Source: Octopus sinensis
Lineage: Eukaryota
DNA: 64,000 nt
NCBI RefSeq assembly: GCF_006345805.1
Contig: NC_043001.1
Location: 43,152,001 to 43,216,000 of the forward strand
Direction: 5' to 3'
Shown here: piece after piece, positions 37,852 through 50,319 of the stretch
How the letters are laid out: each line of letters begins with the position of its first letter
Numbering within the stretch: the stretch's first letter is position 1
Made by a program: the position numbers and the translations under genes
The notes under the pieces: generated by a model
What the model was told of the DNA's origin: nothing
Database searches by the model: none
The model's input: only the letters and a program-made list of their open reading frames with translations

Positions 37852-40800
37852 CTTTTATTTTATAAAAAGAAGAAAGGAAGAAAAAGAAGCAAAATTAATT
37901 AAACAATGAAATTGCTTCCTATACACATCCTACAAAATAAGCAAAGTACATTGAAGCTTTTAACTTTTAAAGAGAGAGAGAGAAAGAGAGTGTGTGTGTG
38001 TGTGTGTGTGTCCACCACTGAAACGCTTGATAAATGCTGATTTGTTTACATTATCATAACTTAGCAGTTTCATAAAAGTCACCAGTAGAATAAGTACCGG
38101 ACTTTAAAAAATAAGTACTGGAGTTAATTTGTTTGGCTAAATCCTTCAAAGCAAAGCAATGCACCAGCATGGAAGCAGTCCAATGACTGAAACAAGTAAA
38201 AGATACAAAATAAGAAAATTGAATTCTGTATTGATGCTATGCCTTGCAGTTAATAGAAACACAGTACAGCAATGCTAACTTAATACAAACTTTCACTTGA
38301 CAGGCTTGTATTCAAATGATCTGATCAGCTGAGGGGAGGAACCTTTCAAATAAATTAATGAAGTCATTGGGCTGCAGCAATGTTGGAGTGACATGTTCAA
38401 GGGATGTAGTCAATCATATCAAACCAGTATATATTTCAGCATAGTACATATTTTATTGATCTCTATTATGTTGAACTGTTCAGTAACAATGCATAGAGGA
38501 ACACAATATAAACAATGCCAATTTTTAAACCAGTGAATATATAAAAACAGATACTCACACATGCACGTGTGTGTGTAAAGACAAACTTTTGCAGTTTCCA
38601 TCTACTCATAAGCTAATGTCATTGGTCAATCCAAAGCAATAGTTGATATTTACTTTTCACTAATTTATCTTCGTTAAAGTGAAAAAAAAAACAATATTTT
38701 TATTGATTCAGAACTATTAGTGCCAAATTGCAAATTCTAGTCTGAAAATTCAAGAGTCTACATTTCTGTGCAGTTCTTTTGGTTTTGGGGGTTAGATTTC
38801 AAATATTAAAAATAAGTAATAAATGTTATGCATCATCTTATTTACAAAGGACAGATAAGATAATAGCGATATACTCTTATCTATCAATGATATTGCATAA
38901 GGATTTACTTCCCTAATGTTATCAATGTCAAATTTCGTTACAATTACAAATCGTTAAGCAAAATGCATGCAACATATATATTGAAAACACAGGGATTTTA
39001 AAGTTGTAATTAAAAAATGCCATATGATATAATTCACACTGACATTTAAAAGAAAGTAAAAAATGAAAATATTTTTTTTCTCTTACTCTCAATGACAAAT
39101 AAACTTATGACCAACTCATTTTTTTATCTGTTTGTTTTGTTCCTTAGAAACTCAAGACAAAATTGGAGCAAAAAGCTGCACCTTATCACAAATAAATCTA
39201 CTTTCTGATTGTTTCATAAGTGAATGCTAACAAATTCCTATGTTTCTGTGACTTACATTGTGAAATAATGCCTGATTAACTATTCCAAACATTGTTTAAA
39301 AGTAAGCTTCCAGGTCAAGAAAACATGATATAGCATTTAGAACCTTTATAAAACAAGTGAGTTTATCTCACATCTCACCGTTTTAGCCAAAAGAGAGGAC
39401 AGGATTGATCTCTTCAGGAATATATATACTTTTCCATGACTATTGATATTCTAATCATTTTTACAAAATTTTGATAACACCTTTATTCGTTATGCATCTC
39501 ATAAAAATGATTCCATCTTCTCCAGTTGATCAACATCAATAGGCTTCATCTCCAGGGGATTTATGAAGATATTTATTTCAAGTTTTCTTTTATAATGAAT
39601 TAGTAATATATATAATTATGAAAATAAAAAAATTAAAGAATTTATGAAATACTCGAAGATATCCCTATCCAAAGTACAAATAAAACAGCACACAACCAGA
39701 GAAACATCAGAAGTTTATATTTTATAAGAAATCATCATCATCATCATCATCGTTTAACGTCCGCTTTCCATGATGATGATGATGCTTTCTTATAAAATAT
39801 AAACTTCTGATGTTTCTCTGGTTGTGTGCTGTTTTATTTGTACTTTGGATAGGGGAATAAGAAATATTCATATAAAAATCTGAGACTAAATTTTTTTTTT
39901 TACACAGATACAAGTTTTAGTTAAAACTTAATTTTTTTCTCAAATTAACTTTTCCATATTACAAAGGTTTAGGTAGTTTCTGAAATTTGATCATTGATAT
40001 AAGGTTTTACTTCTCACTACTGTTTCTATTCTTAGCAGTTGAATTGTGAAGTAAAAGGATTAGATGTTAGCAACAATACACAACAAAATAGTTGTAGTTC
40101 TATTCAAATACACTGTACTGCAAAGTGTATGTTAATACAGTATGAATAAAAAAAACTATAACCATGACTATCAAGAGAGTATGACCTGGTAATCCTTTGG
40201 CCCTTTTATTATCTGACTCAGTGGAACATTGAGGATGAGACAGCTGGAAGGAGAGGAGGCTATACCAGCACTAGGCTGATATTCATTATCAGCTGAGTAG
40301 AATGGATCATCGTGAAATGACATACTTTGCTGAAGGATATAATAAGCTGCCCAGCCTATGATCAAATCCATAATTTAATGACCAAAATCAAAACCACTAG
40401 GCCACATGCTTTAACTAAAATGTTAAATAGAGGTTTGATATCCTTGAAAAATATTTTAACAAGTACAACCTAAATGCTTTACAAATTAAAGCTCATTTTA
40501 CAAAGAGCAGAATAAACCTACTTGTAGATTATAAGTTTAAAATTTACCACAAATATTGCATGTAACTTTAGTTAAACATTACTAAAAACAATCAAAGGAG
40601 CTGAAAACAGTATTTCTGCTTCACAGACAGAGGTTATTGTCAGAATAAGATTCTAATTATAAAATACTTGAAAATCAAAATAAGAAAGGAATAAGTAAGA
40701 AACTATTTCAAATTAATAATTAAGATTAGAATTTATAATAGATAATGGCATAAAAATATGGAAATTCAAAAAATTCACAAGAGAAAAGGAAAAGCATTTT

Positions 40801-42520
40801 AGATTACCTTACTATCTGGATCAGCCCCAGCTTTTAAAAGTTTCCTGACCATTTCAATGTTCTGCTTTTGGACAGATGTATGCAGGGGTGTTAAACCTGT
40901 ATATAAATTTTTTAAAATTAGTGAGGTTGATATGTCAAATAAAAATTGTTAAAAATATATAATAAACACTGTATTGCCAAAAATAAAATTTTAAAAGTTT
41001 AAAAAAAAAACATTTCTGTGTCATCTGATAACTTTATAATGCATAACTAACATTACATTACTAGCTGGAAATCTTGTTTAGTATTTTGATTAAATGTATA
41101 TTCTCTTAAATATCAAATCTTTATATATAAAATTGAAGCTGTGTGTGTGAGACTCTGTCTCCTCCGATTTAGATTCCTAACTACTCCCACATTTTGCGGT
41201 GCAGTTTAACCAAAAGTGGGTATCTTATAGTCGTCATTCATATCGAGCCCTTCTGTGTATTAGCACGCGTCTAAAAAATTTACCATCATTTTTCCGCATT
41301 TTTAATGATTTTTGCTCGGGTTATATAAGGGAAGTAACTCTCTAAAAATGCTTATATAGTTATTTCCCTTACAAACCCGAGCAACACCGGGTGATACTGC
41401 TAGTTTATATATATTACTACAATAGTATATTACTTACTCACCTTTTGTATAAGCAAGGGAAGTGACTCAAATAGAGTAAGAAGCAAACAGGAGATAGTTA
41501 TGGCATAAATGGTGACAAAGGTGTCAGCAGTTGCATTGATGTTGAAAATGGTGAATGGAGAGAAAGGTGGGAAGAGAAAGAGACAGAATAATGGAATTGA
41601 TGAAGAGAGAAAGACAGAGATAAAGATGATTCTATATAGTTGGAACCACGGATGCTTATCATTCTATTTCTTAGTTTGAACAATATGCAGGTTCCCATAC
41701 TACTGCAATAACACTAAATGAATATTTTTTATATAGATTGCTTTAGATTTCAACTCCAAAAGTAGATAGGTAATGGCTCAGTAGTAAAGTATAAGGTTTT
41801 ATAACTTTGGATGCTATATTTTATCTTTTACTTGTTTCAGTCGTGAGACTGTGGTCATGCTGGGGCACCACCTTGAATTTTTTTAGCCAAATGAATCAAC
41901 TCCAGTACTTATTTTTTTTAAAATCCTGGTATTCTATCAGTTGTTTTTTTCTTTTTTTGCTGAACCGCAAGTTATGGGGACACAAACACATCAACACTGA
42001 TTGACAACTAGATGCAAAGACACACACATAAAGATATATATATATATGTATGTATATATATGAGTGGACAAACAAAAGCACTCAACACAGTTATTTGGAG
42101 TTACATGTATTGTTCAAAACAGTTTGATTCAGAGTCTGTGCTATTTCAAGTTTTGAAGCCCCTAACATAGCCTCTCCTAAAGCCGGTGGAAATCTGAATG
42201 AGTGGGGAGGTACAGAAAGTTCAAGATGGCTACCAGTAGATGGGCTGCAATTGGTCAAGGAAGGTCACATGAGGTCACAGTATTGCTAAGAAATTGACAG
42301 CAGTTACATGAGGAAAAGGAGTTTCTTGGTCATGTGGTTGGACAGAAAATTGGTGGCAACAGTGCATCCAGGTGTAGGGTCAATGGGGCATGTAGGTATA
42401 TGAGCTTGTGTGCACGAGTACATGTGCAATATGTGAGTGTATGGATGTGTTTATGTATGTAGGCTCTGTTAGAGGCTTCGAAGCTTGAAGTAGCATAGAA
42501 TCCAAATCAAACTGTTTTGA

Positions 42521-42570
<50 letters not shown>

Positions 42571-45500
42571 TATACACGATGAGCTTTTTCAGTTTCCATC
42601 TACCAAATCCACTCACAAGGCTTTGGGGACTGAACCTGGAACCATGTGGTTGAGAAGCTAGCTTATTACCATACCGCCAAGCCTATGTTGAAGCTTCATT
42701 TGCAACTATGTTCTTCACTGGCTTTGAAGACTAAAGTTGTAATGAGTTTAGAAACTAAGCCATCTGTCAAGTACAGTGTAATTACTTTCAATAAACACTT
42801 TGTTCTTTTAAGAATTGCACAAAACAATTTGCCTGAAGATAAATCCTACAGGAAACTGAGTGATATCCAGGGCAAATAAAGATTTACAAAATCTTTATTT
42901 TTTCACAACAAACTTTTGAATAGATCTAAATTTTCTCCAAATATTAATTCAGCTAAAATACTATTGTGCGAGCTTTTCAATATTCTAGATTTCTTTTAAA
43001 ACTACAACAAACTAAATTCTGATTAAATATAAAATAAAGAAAGAATTAAAATAATTATTAGTAGTATACCTAGAATATTGCAATGGTTAAGTATAACAGT
43101 TACTAATTAACCAGTGACATTACAGAGTACAATAATAGTTTCTGACCTAGGCACAAGGATAGAAAGTTGGTGGTCATTTAAATTGATTGCAGTTTTTGAC
43201 TGGTACTATGTTTTATCAACCCTGGAAGGGTGAAAGGTGAAACTGATCTCAGTGGGATTTGAACTCAGAACATAAAGGGCCAGAACCATTAAGTATTTTG
43301 TCCAGTGCTCTAATGATTCTGACAATCCACTGTCCACATTTCAGTGTTTAATAGTATTTCTTTATTTACATCAGTTACATTCAACTTACATACTACTTGC
43401 ACATGGTTATGAATAGGAAGAAAATTCAGCTTTAAAATCATTGGCCTCAAACCTTCATTCAGAACCACTTAAGTTAATATATCATTTTAAAAAATGTATA
43501 ATTATGAACCTTGAAATATACTCCTAAGAACAGGGCTTAATTTAATGACACCAGAAAGTTTTGAACAACAATAATGAAACAAAACAAAAAACATGAGATT
43601 TTATTGTTTGTTAAATGAATGTTGGTATCTATTAAATTTAGTTAAAGGTACAAACATAAACTCATATTTTAATTTTAATATAGAAATGACAAACATTTGT
43701 TTTCTTTTAATGAATTCAACTTTTTCAATCAATTGGTTTATAACTAAATGCTTTTTAGTTCTTTAAAATAATTAGTGCCCTGTCTTTCTTTAAAATTTGT
43801 TACATCCTTCAAAGTTTTACTTTATAAAAAAAATCAGTTTTAATTTTTAGATCAGAATTTAGGGTGCTTTTTTTTTGTATGAAGATAAAGACATAAGCAC
43901 TAATTTCTTTTATAATAAAATTGCAGCTGATTTATAAAGGTACCTAACATAATGACACATTTTACATCTAACATACAGAACAGAAAATGAAATTGCATTT
44001 AATCCAGAAACACTTACCTTCATAATTATGGGAATCTAAATTTGGTTTACAATTTTCCATAGAAGAACATGTCTTTAGTATAACATCAAAGCATTCAAAG
44101 TGTGAATAGGAAACTGCTAAATGAACAGCAGAATTTCCTTTGCCATCAGACAAGTTCATGTCAGCACCCATCTTTATTAACTTCCTCACACCCTTACTAT
44201 AATTCATTTTCACACATAAATGCAAAGGAGTCTGCCAAAAATTAATGAAAACAAATTATTTTAAAGAATACACATCTCATGATAGGATATCCCTATCTGC
44301 TGGAGGGGATGTGCCCATCAACAGTGTCTGTTAATGAAGTATTTAAGTGAAAAATATTAATAAATAAAAAGTTATATGAATTATCCACAAGGAAAAAAAC
44401 AAAGATGTCTGTTAGGGAATATGTATATTTTTAATGTATGTAGTTGATTATGTGAAGGTGCATGGCTTAGTGGTTAGGGTATTCAGCTCATGATCATACA
44501 GTTGTGAGTTCAATTCTCAGCAATGCATTATATCCTTGAGCAAGACCCATTAGTACCTGTATTTCAAAGGGTCAGCCTTGTCACACTCTGTGTCACACCA
44601 AATTTCCCTGAGAACTATATTAAGTGTACACATACCTGTGGAGTGCTAAGCCACTTACATGTTAATTTCACAAGCAGATCAACTGGAACTCTCGTCATCA
44701 TAACCAGCAGAGTGCCCATTAGTTGGTTATGGTTGAATTGCTGGAATGCCATCTCTCATTATCAACTCATGTTAGATGAAGTGTGAGACATTTTGGCCTC
44801 AATGATTCAACACTAATTTATTTGACATCAGATGTTTTGTCCTCGAAATCTTTTGGCTCTGTGAAAATTTTGCTTTTATTCTAGTTGATAACAAACCTGT
44901 CATTTGTGTCCCTCTCTCTATCTGTATATATATATTTCTACGCATGCAGTGCCAAAAAGTACTGTTGACAAAAATGCCATCACCAAAACAAGTTTAACCC
45001 TTTCGTTACCAACCCAGCTGAAACCGGCTCTGGCTCTGTAGTACAAATGACTTGTTTTCATAAGTTTTGAATTAAAATCTTCCACCAAACCTTAGTCACA
45101 ATTTATGTTCCTAACACCAGCTTAATGACAACTAGGTTATTTTACTAAATTCTTTGTTATATTTAAAATTAATTGAAAGAAACACAGAGCATCTCAAAAT
45201 AAATACAGTAACAAAAGGGTTAATGTCCAGTTAGCCATGCCAAATCACCATGATAGATAAGACTGTTGCTTGCAGCTACACAAAATGAGAATTCTTCCCT
45301 GCAAGAGCATAGCCATATGTAGAGCATCATGAGAGCAAACCAGAAGCTAAAACCAAAACATCCTCTGGCAACAATTCCTACTAAGTTTTTTTTAACTGGG
45401 ATTAAAATAAAAACAAATTCCTTTATACAAATGTATTTTTGTTAGAAACATATTAGAGAAAATAGAGGGATGATATATCATTTTATAATGAATATTCATC

Positions 45501-48500
45501 ATCATTTATATTATTTTGTTCTTTGTTTCACTATTGAAAGCTTATCAAACAGTTTATTATTTAAAATTTATTTCATTCAAGATGAGAAACTAATCAGAAC
45601 TAGACAGCCTTGCAAACTTTCTTTTCATTTCTGACATTGCTTTTGTTTCTCATATTTTTAAGACTAGTCTCATCATGTTTTATTTCATAACTATCACTCT
45701 TCCTCTGACTGACTTTCACATGGAGCCATTATCCAACAAGCCATTCCTTAACTTTTGCAGGTCCCCTTCTGTCATTATCTTCCTACTATACAGCAATCAG
45801 CATGCTTTTCATAATATATCAACAGATCTTCAATATTATTTTATCTTGAATAGACATTGAAAATCCGTAAACAACCCTAAAATAATATAAAGTCACTACA
45901 ATTTTTTGCTAATATATCAATATAGGCCAATCATTCAACAAGATAAGACTCAAGTCTATGGTCATCTGTATTTTGTATTCTATATTGAATTAGAAACACA
46001 AATGGTTACTATGGTAAAAAAAAATTAAGAAAAAATACTTACAAACTTCTTTTTATTAAAGCGATCAACAGTTTTCCCCGCTTGTTGAATCAGCTTGCAG
46101 AAAGATCCAATTGATGCTAGATTCTTGTGTGCAACAGCTATATGTAGCGGCCTACAGAGAAGGAAGCATTTCAAAATCTAATATTATTTTTAACTCTATT
46201 TTATTTTATTTTCATGCCATTAACATTTTACTGTTACTACCCATTTTCACTTCAATTCATTCTTCGGTTTTAAAACCAAATTCAGATAAAATCTCTAGTC
46301 ATTTTTTATAACCAAGTAATTTTCACACTTATATTCTCCATAAATTTATAGTGTTCCAGTCAGTACTTCATGCAGTATATTATTTACATTGAACTGTTAA
46401 TATTAGAATTTTATTCATATTAATGGCAAAACTAAACCCACAATAAGGGATTTGTAAACAACCGCATATTTAGTCCAAACAGCACTAACCGGGCAACAAG
46501 TCAACAATATAGTAATGTCAAATGATATAGAGGGAGGTTCTCCTAGGGGATTTAGTGTAAGGAAGGTGTCAGAGATTTTTATACACAGGTGGGTGATGGA
46601 GCATTTTTTGGCCGATATTGCAATTTGGTGCGAAAAGTTTGGGAGATACTGGTCTAATATATCATCCCATAGCTACCAAAAATCAGATTCACTAGCCTGC
46701 CAACCTTTCCAGAGCTCTCTCCCATGCATCCTTTCAAATTTCCATTACTGAAAATGAATTTTATCATTAAAGTTATAATTTCATTTGATTTCATTTGATT
46801 AAAAATCACTGCTGGTTCACCACATCAAATATGGTAGTTTTCACTTAACTGTACATGTATGTATTTTAGTTCCTGCTGTTATTTCTGTACCATGGTTTCA
46901 GACAAAGATCTTCAGCATAAATTTTTTAGTTATATATGTGTGTGTGTGTCTCCATGTGTATATGAGGAGCTTACTTTCAAATATTTGGTTGATTTCATGA
47001 TAACCTTTAAAACACGATCTGCAAGCGTCATGTATGTGAAATTCTTTTCATTCAAACTGGTATAGATGCAATATAGATAGTAGGCAAATCTTAGTCTTCC
47101 AATCAAAAGCAGATTATTCAAGTTGTCTTAAACAATTACTCAAAAATCATTCCGATGCATATATCTGGTTTTGAAAGTAAGCTCTTCAATGTGTATCAGT
47201 GACAGATGCCTGACCAACTTGTGCAAAATTCCCTGTGACTTTTAGTCCTTTAATACCAAAGTGAGTTCAGCCAGTTGATAGAGATTAATACAATAAGTAC
47301 AAGATAAAGTACTGAGGTTGATATAATCAACTAAAAGTTGAAAAAAATGAAATCAGTAAAAGCAGGAAAGACTAGAAACAGATTTACTTACAAGTCACCA
47401 TCTTCATCCTGTTTTAGAGCAATTTCGATCTTTTTTCTCAGTTTTTCATCATTGTCAGTTAATAGTTGACTTTGTTCGGATTTGTAAATCAGGATTAACT
47501 TTTCTTTATCACCTATATTAAGGAATGACAACTATATTTCCTGAGTATTCTTTTCATCTCCAAAATTAAGTCACAGCAAAGATCTTTGTTATATTGCAAA
47601 AATTGATTACTTGTAAAAGATTTCCTTTGTTTACATCTCTCTTTCTCTCTCTCTTTTCAAAGATTCTTTTCCTCATGCTACTGTAGATTTGTTGATTCTT
47701 CAAAGTCAAACTTTTTTTTTTTATTCTTAAGTTAATCATGATATAACCTAACTTGAGAATATGCAGTGAAAATTCTACAACAATTTTATTTTCATATATA
47801 GCATATAAACATGTACATTTTTTAGAACATTGTCATTTTATAAAATTTTGCTGGCAAATTTTTAAATTAACATAAACAATTATTTACATGAAAGAAAATT
47901 ACTAGAGAACTTTCATCTAATTCTTCCAAACCTTTCTGTTAAAACTGTATTGAATCCATTTATGAGGATTTTTTTTTTAATCACAGCAACTGGTCACACA
48001 CTACAAGGCTTAACAGAACCTACTGAAGCAAGTTCTCAACATTAACACAGGCAATGGCAAAGCTAAGGCGTTGGGAAAGCCAAGCGCCCTCACAGACATC
48101 TAGGTCCAATTAGCTCGAAACAAACATTCGGTTGTTACTCCTAAACAGTTTGTTGTTTTTTCACTTTCACTTAATCCTCAAAAACATGTGACCTGTTTAG
48201 TAAACAAGACATAAGATAAAATTAAGGCCAAACGTCAGCATTCCCTGTCATTGAGGAGAAACACAAGTGCAGAAAAATTCTTTTTCTGAATTCTAAAGAA
48301 ATCAGGGAGAACATAGAACAGCAATATTCCTGGCCAGAAGAAAAAATAAGAATCCAATTCAACTGGAAACACTAAAGTGTGCAAAACACCTGCTTCTAAA
48401 TGCTGAAGGTTGGTCACTTCGTTTCCAGGTCATGAAAATGAAAGTATTCACTTCGTCAGAAGTATTTTCTAGGTCAAAGAACGAAAGTGTGCAGAAAGTG

Positions 48501-50319
48501 AACGTTTTATGAATATTATTAATAGGAATTTTAACCGGATCTAATGTCAACTCGATAAAAACCAGTTTGATTGGCGGTTGTGTAAGACATCTTAAGAGAG
48601 CGCATACACCTGTTGTTTCTAGTAAAATACTGCCACAATACCTCTAAATGTAACGCTTACTTCAACCGGAACATGCCTTCTTAAACCAATTCTAAATCTC
48701 CAATTAGTAACCGTTCTCTTTTATAATAACGTTTTAAAGTTGGATAGCCATATTTTGCTAATGTTAATTAGGAATGTATATCAATATTTGGTGGATCCAA
48801 CTTCAATAATATTACATTGGGTGTTTTATATTACCTACCACTCTCTCTCTCTCTCTCCCGTCCACTACTTTACTTTCATTCTGAAAAAAAGCACTTTTGG
48901 GTTTAAAAAACACTAACTTTTGGACAAGATAAGTTTTTACATAGGGCCATGGAAACGAGAAAAGCACGTATAAACACAGATATTAGAACGAGCAACTTTC
49001 CTCATTTGCACTGGCTGAGACATGTTCACTAGACGAAGGACGGTCGTACCTCAATTTATTTCTGGAGATACTGCTAAAAAGACAGGAAGCTAAAGATTGA
49101 TATAGTTGATTTACGGGCGGAAGATCGATACACCTGGAGCAATGGTGTGAGTAGAGAAGAGAGCCAGACACTAGGCACACAGAAGACAAATGAAAAAGAA
49201 AATAAATGCCCTCTTCAGGTCATATGTGTAGCCAGTTTCGTTAGTTCACTTCGCCCAAGTGGAAGCCGTTGTCACTATTCTGAGATTAAAATGACATGCA
49301 TACATGTTATCGTTTCTTAAGATACACAAAGAACAATAATATGAAGTAAATAAAGTACTTTTGTACACTACCTGTAACAACAGAGACATTTGTATTGTGG
49401 GGTTTAAAAGGTTTGGTTGCCTGAAAAGTCGACTTTATTTTCCTTTTTTTCAGAGGTAAACAACTTTTCGTCCTGTTTTCTAAACTGTTTCGGGAAAACA
49501 ATCCAATTGTATTCTTTAAATGTTGGCTGTCATCCATTGAGTCAGTGTTAATTTTAAAATCTGGAAAGTGAAACAATCGCGAAAAATTCTCCCTCGATTG
49601 ATTTGTTGAGTTGACTGCAAACTGGGCCATCAACCGCTTTTTCGTTAAAAGTTCGGACTTCTTGCTGCAGCTATCATCTGAAGACACATTCGACAAAATA
49701 CTAGACTTCCTCGTTCTATTATCGTTTAGTATGTTTAGAATTTCATCTATTTTTACTTTTTTCACTTTATACATTTTTGAATCGTTGGAGGTACGCTTAA
49801 CAATCAGTAGAGAATCAACATTATCGGGGTGGATCTTCATCATACTATCCTTATTCAGATAGGGCAAATTTGAATCGTTAGTCGTATCGGTCTCGATCGG
49901 TAAAGTTAAGTCAGACTTCGATGTAGTTAGTGGAATACTGGTGGAAAGTACAAAAGGACAAGTTTTGTTAGCTTCAGATATTAGTATGTGCGGCTGATAT
50001 TGATACTGAGATTTGGTATTGAACACGGATTATTCGAAGTAACAGTTGGTTGTAAATAACTGCTTACCATCGACTTCCCCGATGGTAAATTAGCAAACGA
50101 AGACATTTCCTTTGCATATCCATCGTTCAAATTTAGAGGGGGGTATATTGGTAAATCTATTTGCTGCTTAACATTTTCACTTTGATATGAAGTTCCGCTT
50201 AAAAGACTTGCCAACACTTCAACAGCTATAGAATGTGATTCATCTGATTCGTCTATGTTTACATTTCCACAACTCTTATTCAACGGTTTTAATTCACAAT
50301 TTCGAGACACAACATCCAT
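37621..50319 (-). CDS. Nuclear IkB-family (BCL3-like) ankyrin-repeat protein; join(50319-50068, 50005-49372, 47512-47392, 46151-46043, 44231-44018, 40896-40808, 37851-37621), 3' terminal exon unresolved
   Basis: Hand-spliced exons with GT-AG ends and matching phases give 550 codons. A Ser-rich N-terminus containing LPLKKRK is followed by six ankyrin repeats: QDEDGDLPLHIAV, KFTPLHLCV, GKGNSAVHLAV, NYEGLTPLHTSV, DYKSGRTPLFFAVENK, FAGHTPFLVANGRKYPEICKLLVDQGAD. These resemble BCL3 (DEDGDTPLHIAV, NYDGLTALH, DIKSGRSPL..AVEN). No DSGxxS degron seen. Confidence 0.88.
39663..39854. repeat. Perfect 69-bp inverted repeat flanking an RTE-tail fragment
   Basis: 39663-39731 is the exact reverse complement of 39786-39854; the core is (CAT)n CGTTTAACGTCCGCTTTCC (ATG)n. 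Confidence 0.95.
40808..40896 (-). CDS. IkB-like gene exon 6 (GLTPLHTSV...ADPDSK)
   Basis: TACAG| acceptor, |GTAATC donor, 89 nt; ankyrin repeat 4. Confidence 0.92.
41118..41403 (+). mobile_element. Non-autonomous Helitron
   Basis: A|TC...CTAG|T ends; 5' TCTTTATATATAAAA; subterminal hairpin CCCG...CGGG near the 3' end. Confidence 0.8.
44018..44231 (-). CDS. IkB-like gene exon 5 (TPLHLCV...DSHNYE-G)
   Basis: GGCAG| acceptor, |GTAAGT donor, 214 nt; ankyrin repeats 2-3. Confidence 0.93.
44453..44720 (+). mobile_element. tRNA-derived SINE family D
   Basis: GTGAAGGTGCATGGCTTAGTGGTTAGGGTATTCAGCTC...GAGTTCAATTC head. Confidence 0.8.
44998..45219. mobile_element. piggyBac-like MITE, copy 2
   Basis: TTAA|CCCTTTCGTTACC...GTAACAAAAGGG|TTAA; highly similar to 27002-27222. 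Confidence 0.92.
46043..46151 (-). CDS. IkB-like gene exon 4 (PLHIAVAHKN...FNKKKF)
   Basis: Pyrimidine tract + TGTAG|, |GTAAGT donor, 109 nt; ankyrin repeat 1. Confidence 0.92.
47392..47512 (-). CDS. IkB-like gene exon 3 (GDKEKL...QDEDGDL)
   Basis: TATAG| acceptor, |GTAAGT donor, 121 nt; ends at the DEDGD entry into ankyrin repeat 1. Confidence 0.9.
48010..48110 (-). mobile_element. 3' tip fragment of a CRE-type retrotransposon
   Basis: DVCEGAWLSQRLSFAIA; homologous at the DNA level to 52600-52700. Confidence 0.6.
49372..50005 (-). CDS. IkB-like gene exon 2 (YQYQPH...NVSVVT-G)
   Basis: Long open frame; acceptor CTCAG| at 50006; donor ACAG|GTAGTG at 49371; the phase-1 end matches exon 3. 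Confidence 0.75.
50068..50319 (-). CDS. IkB-like gene exon 1 (MDVVSRN...PSGKSM)
   Basis: ATG in AAAATGG context at 50319; open frame to the donor ATG|GTAAGC at 50067. Confidence 0.65.

Noticed and set aside
49981-50032. Programmed -1 ribosomal frameshift joining the two IkB N-terminal ORFs
   Set aside because: There is no X_XXY_YYZ slippery heptamer in the overlap, and a GT-AG intron explains the shift exactly.
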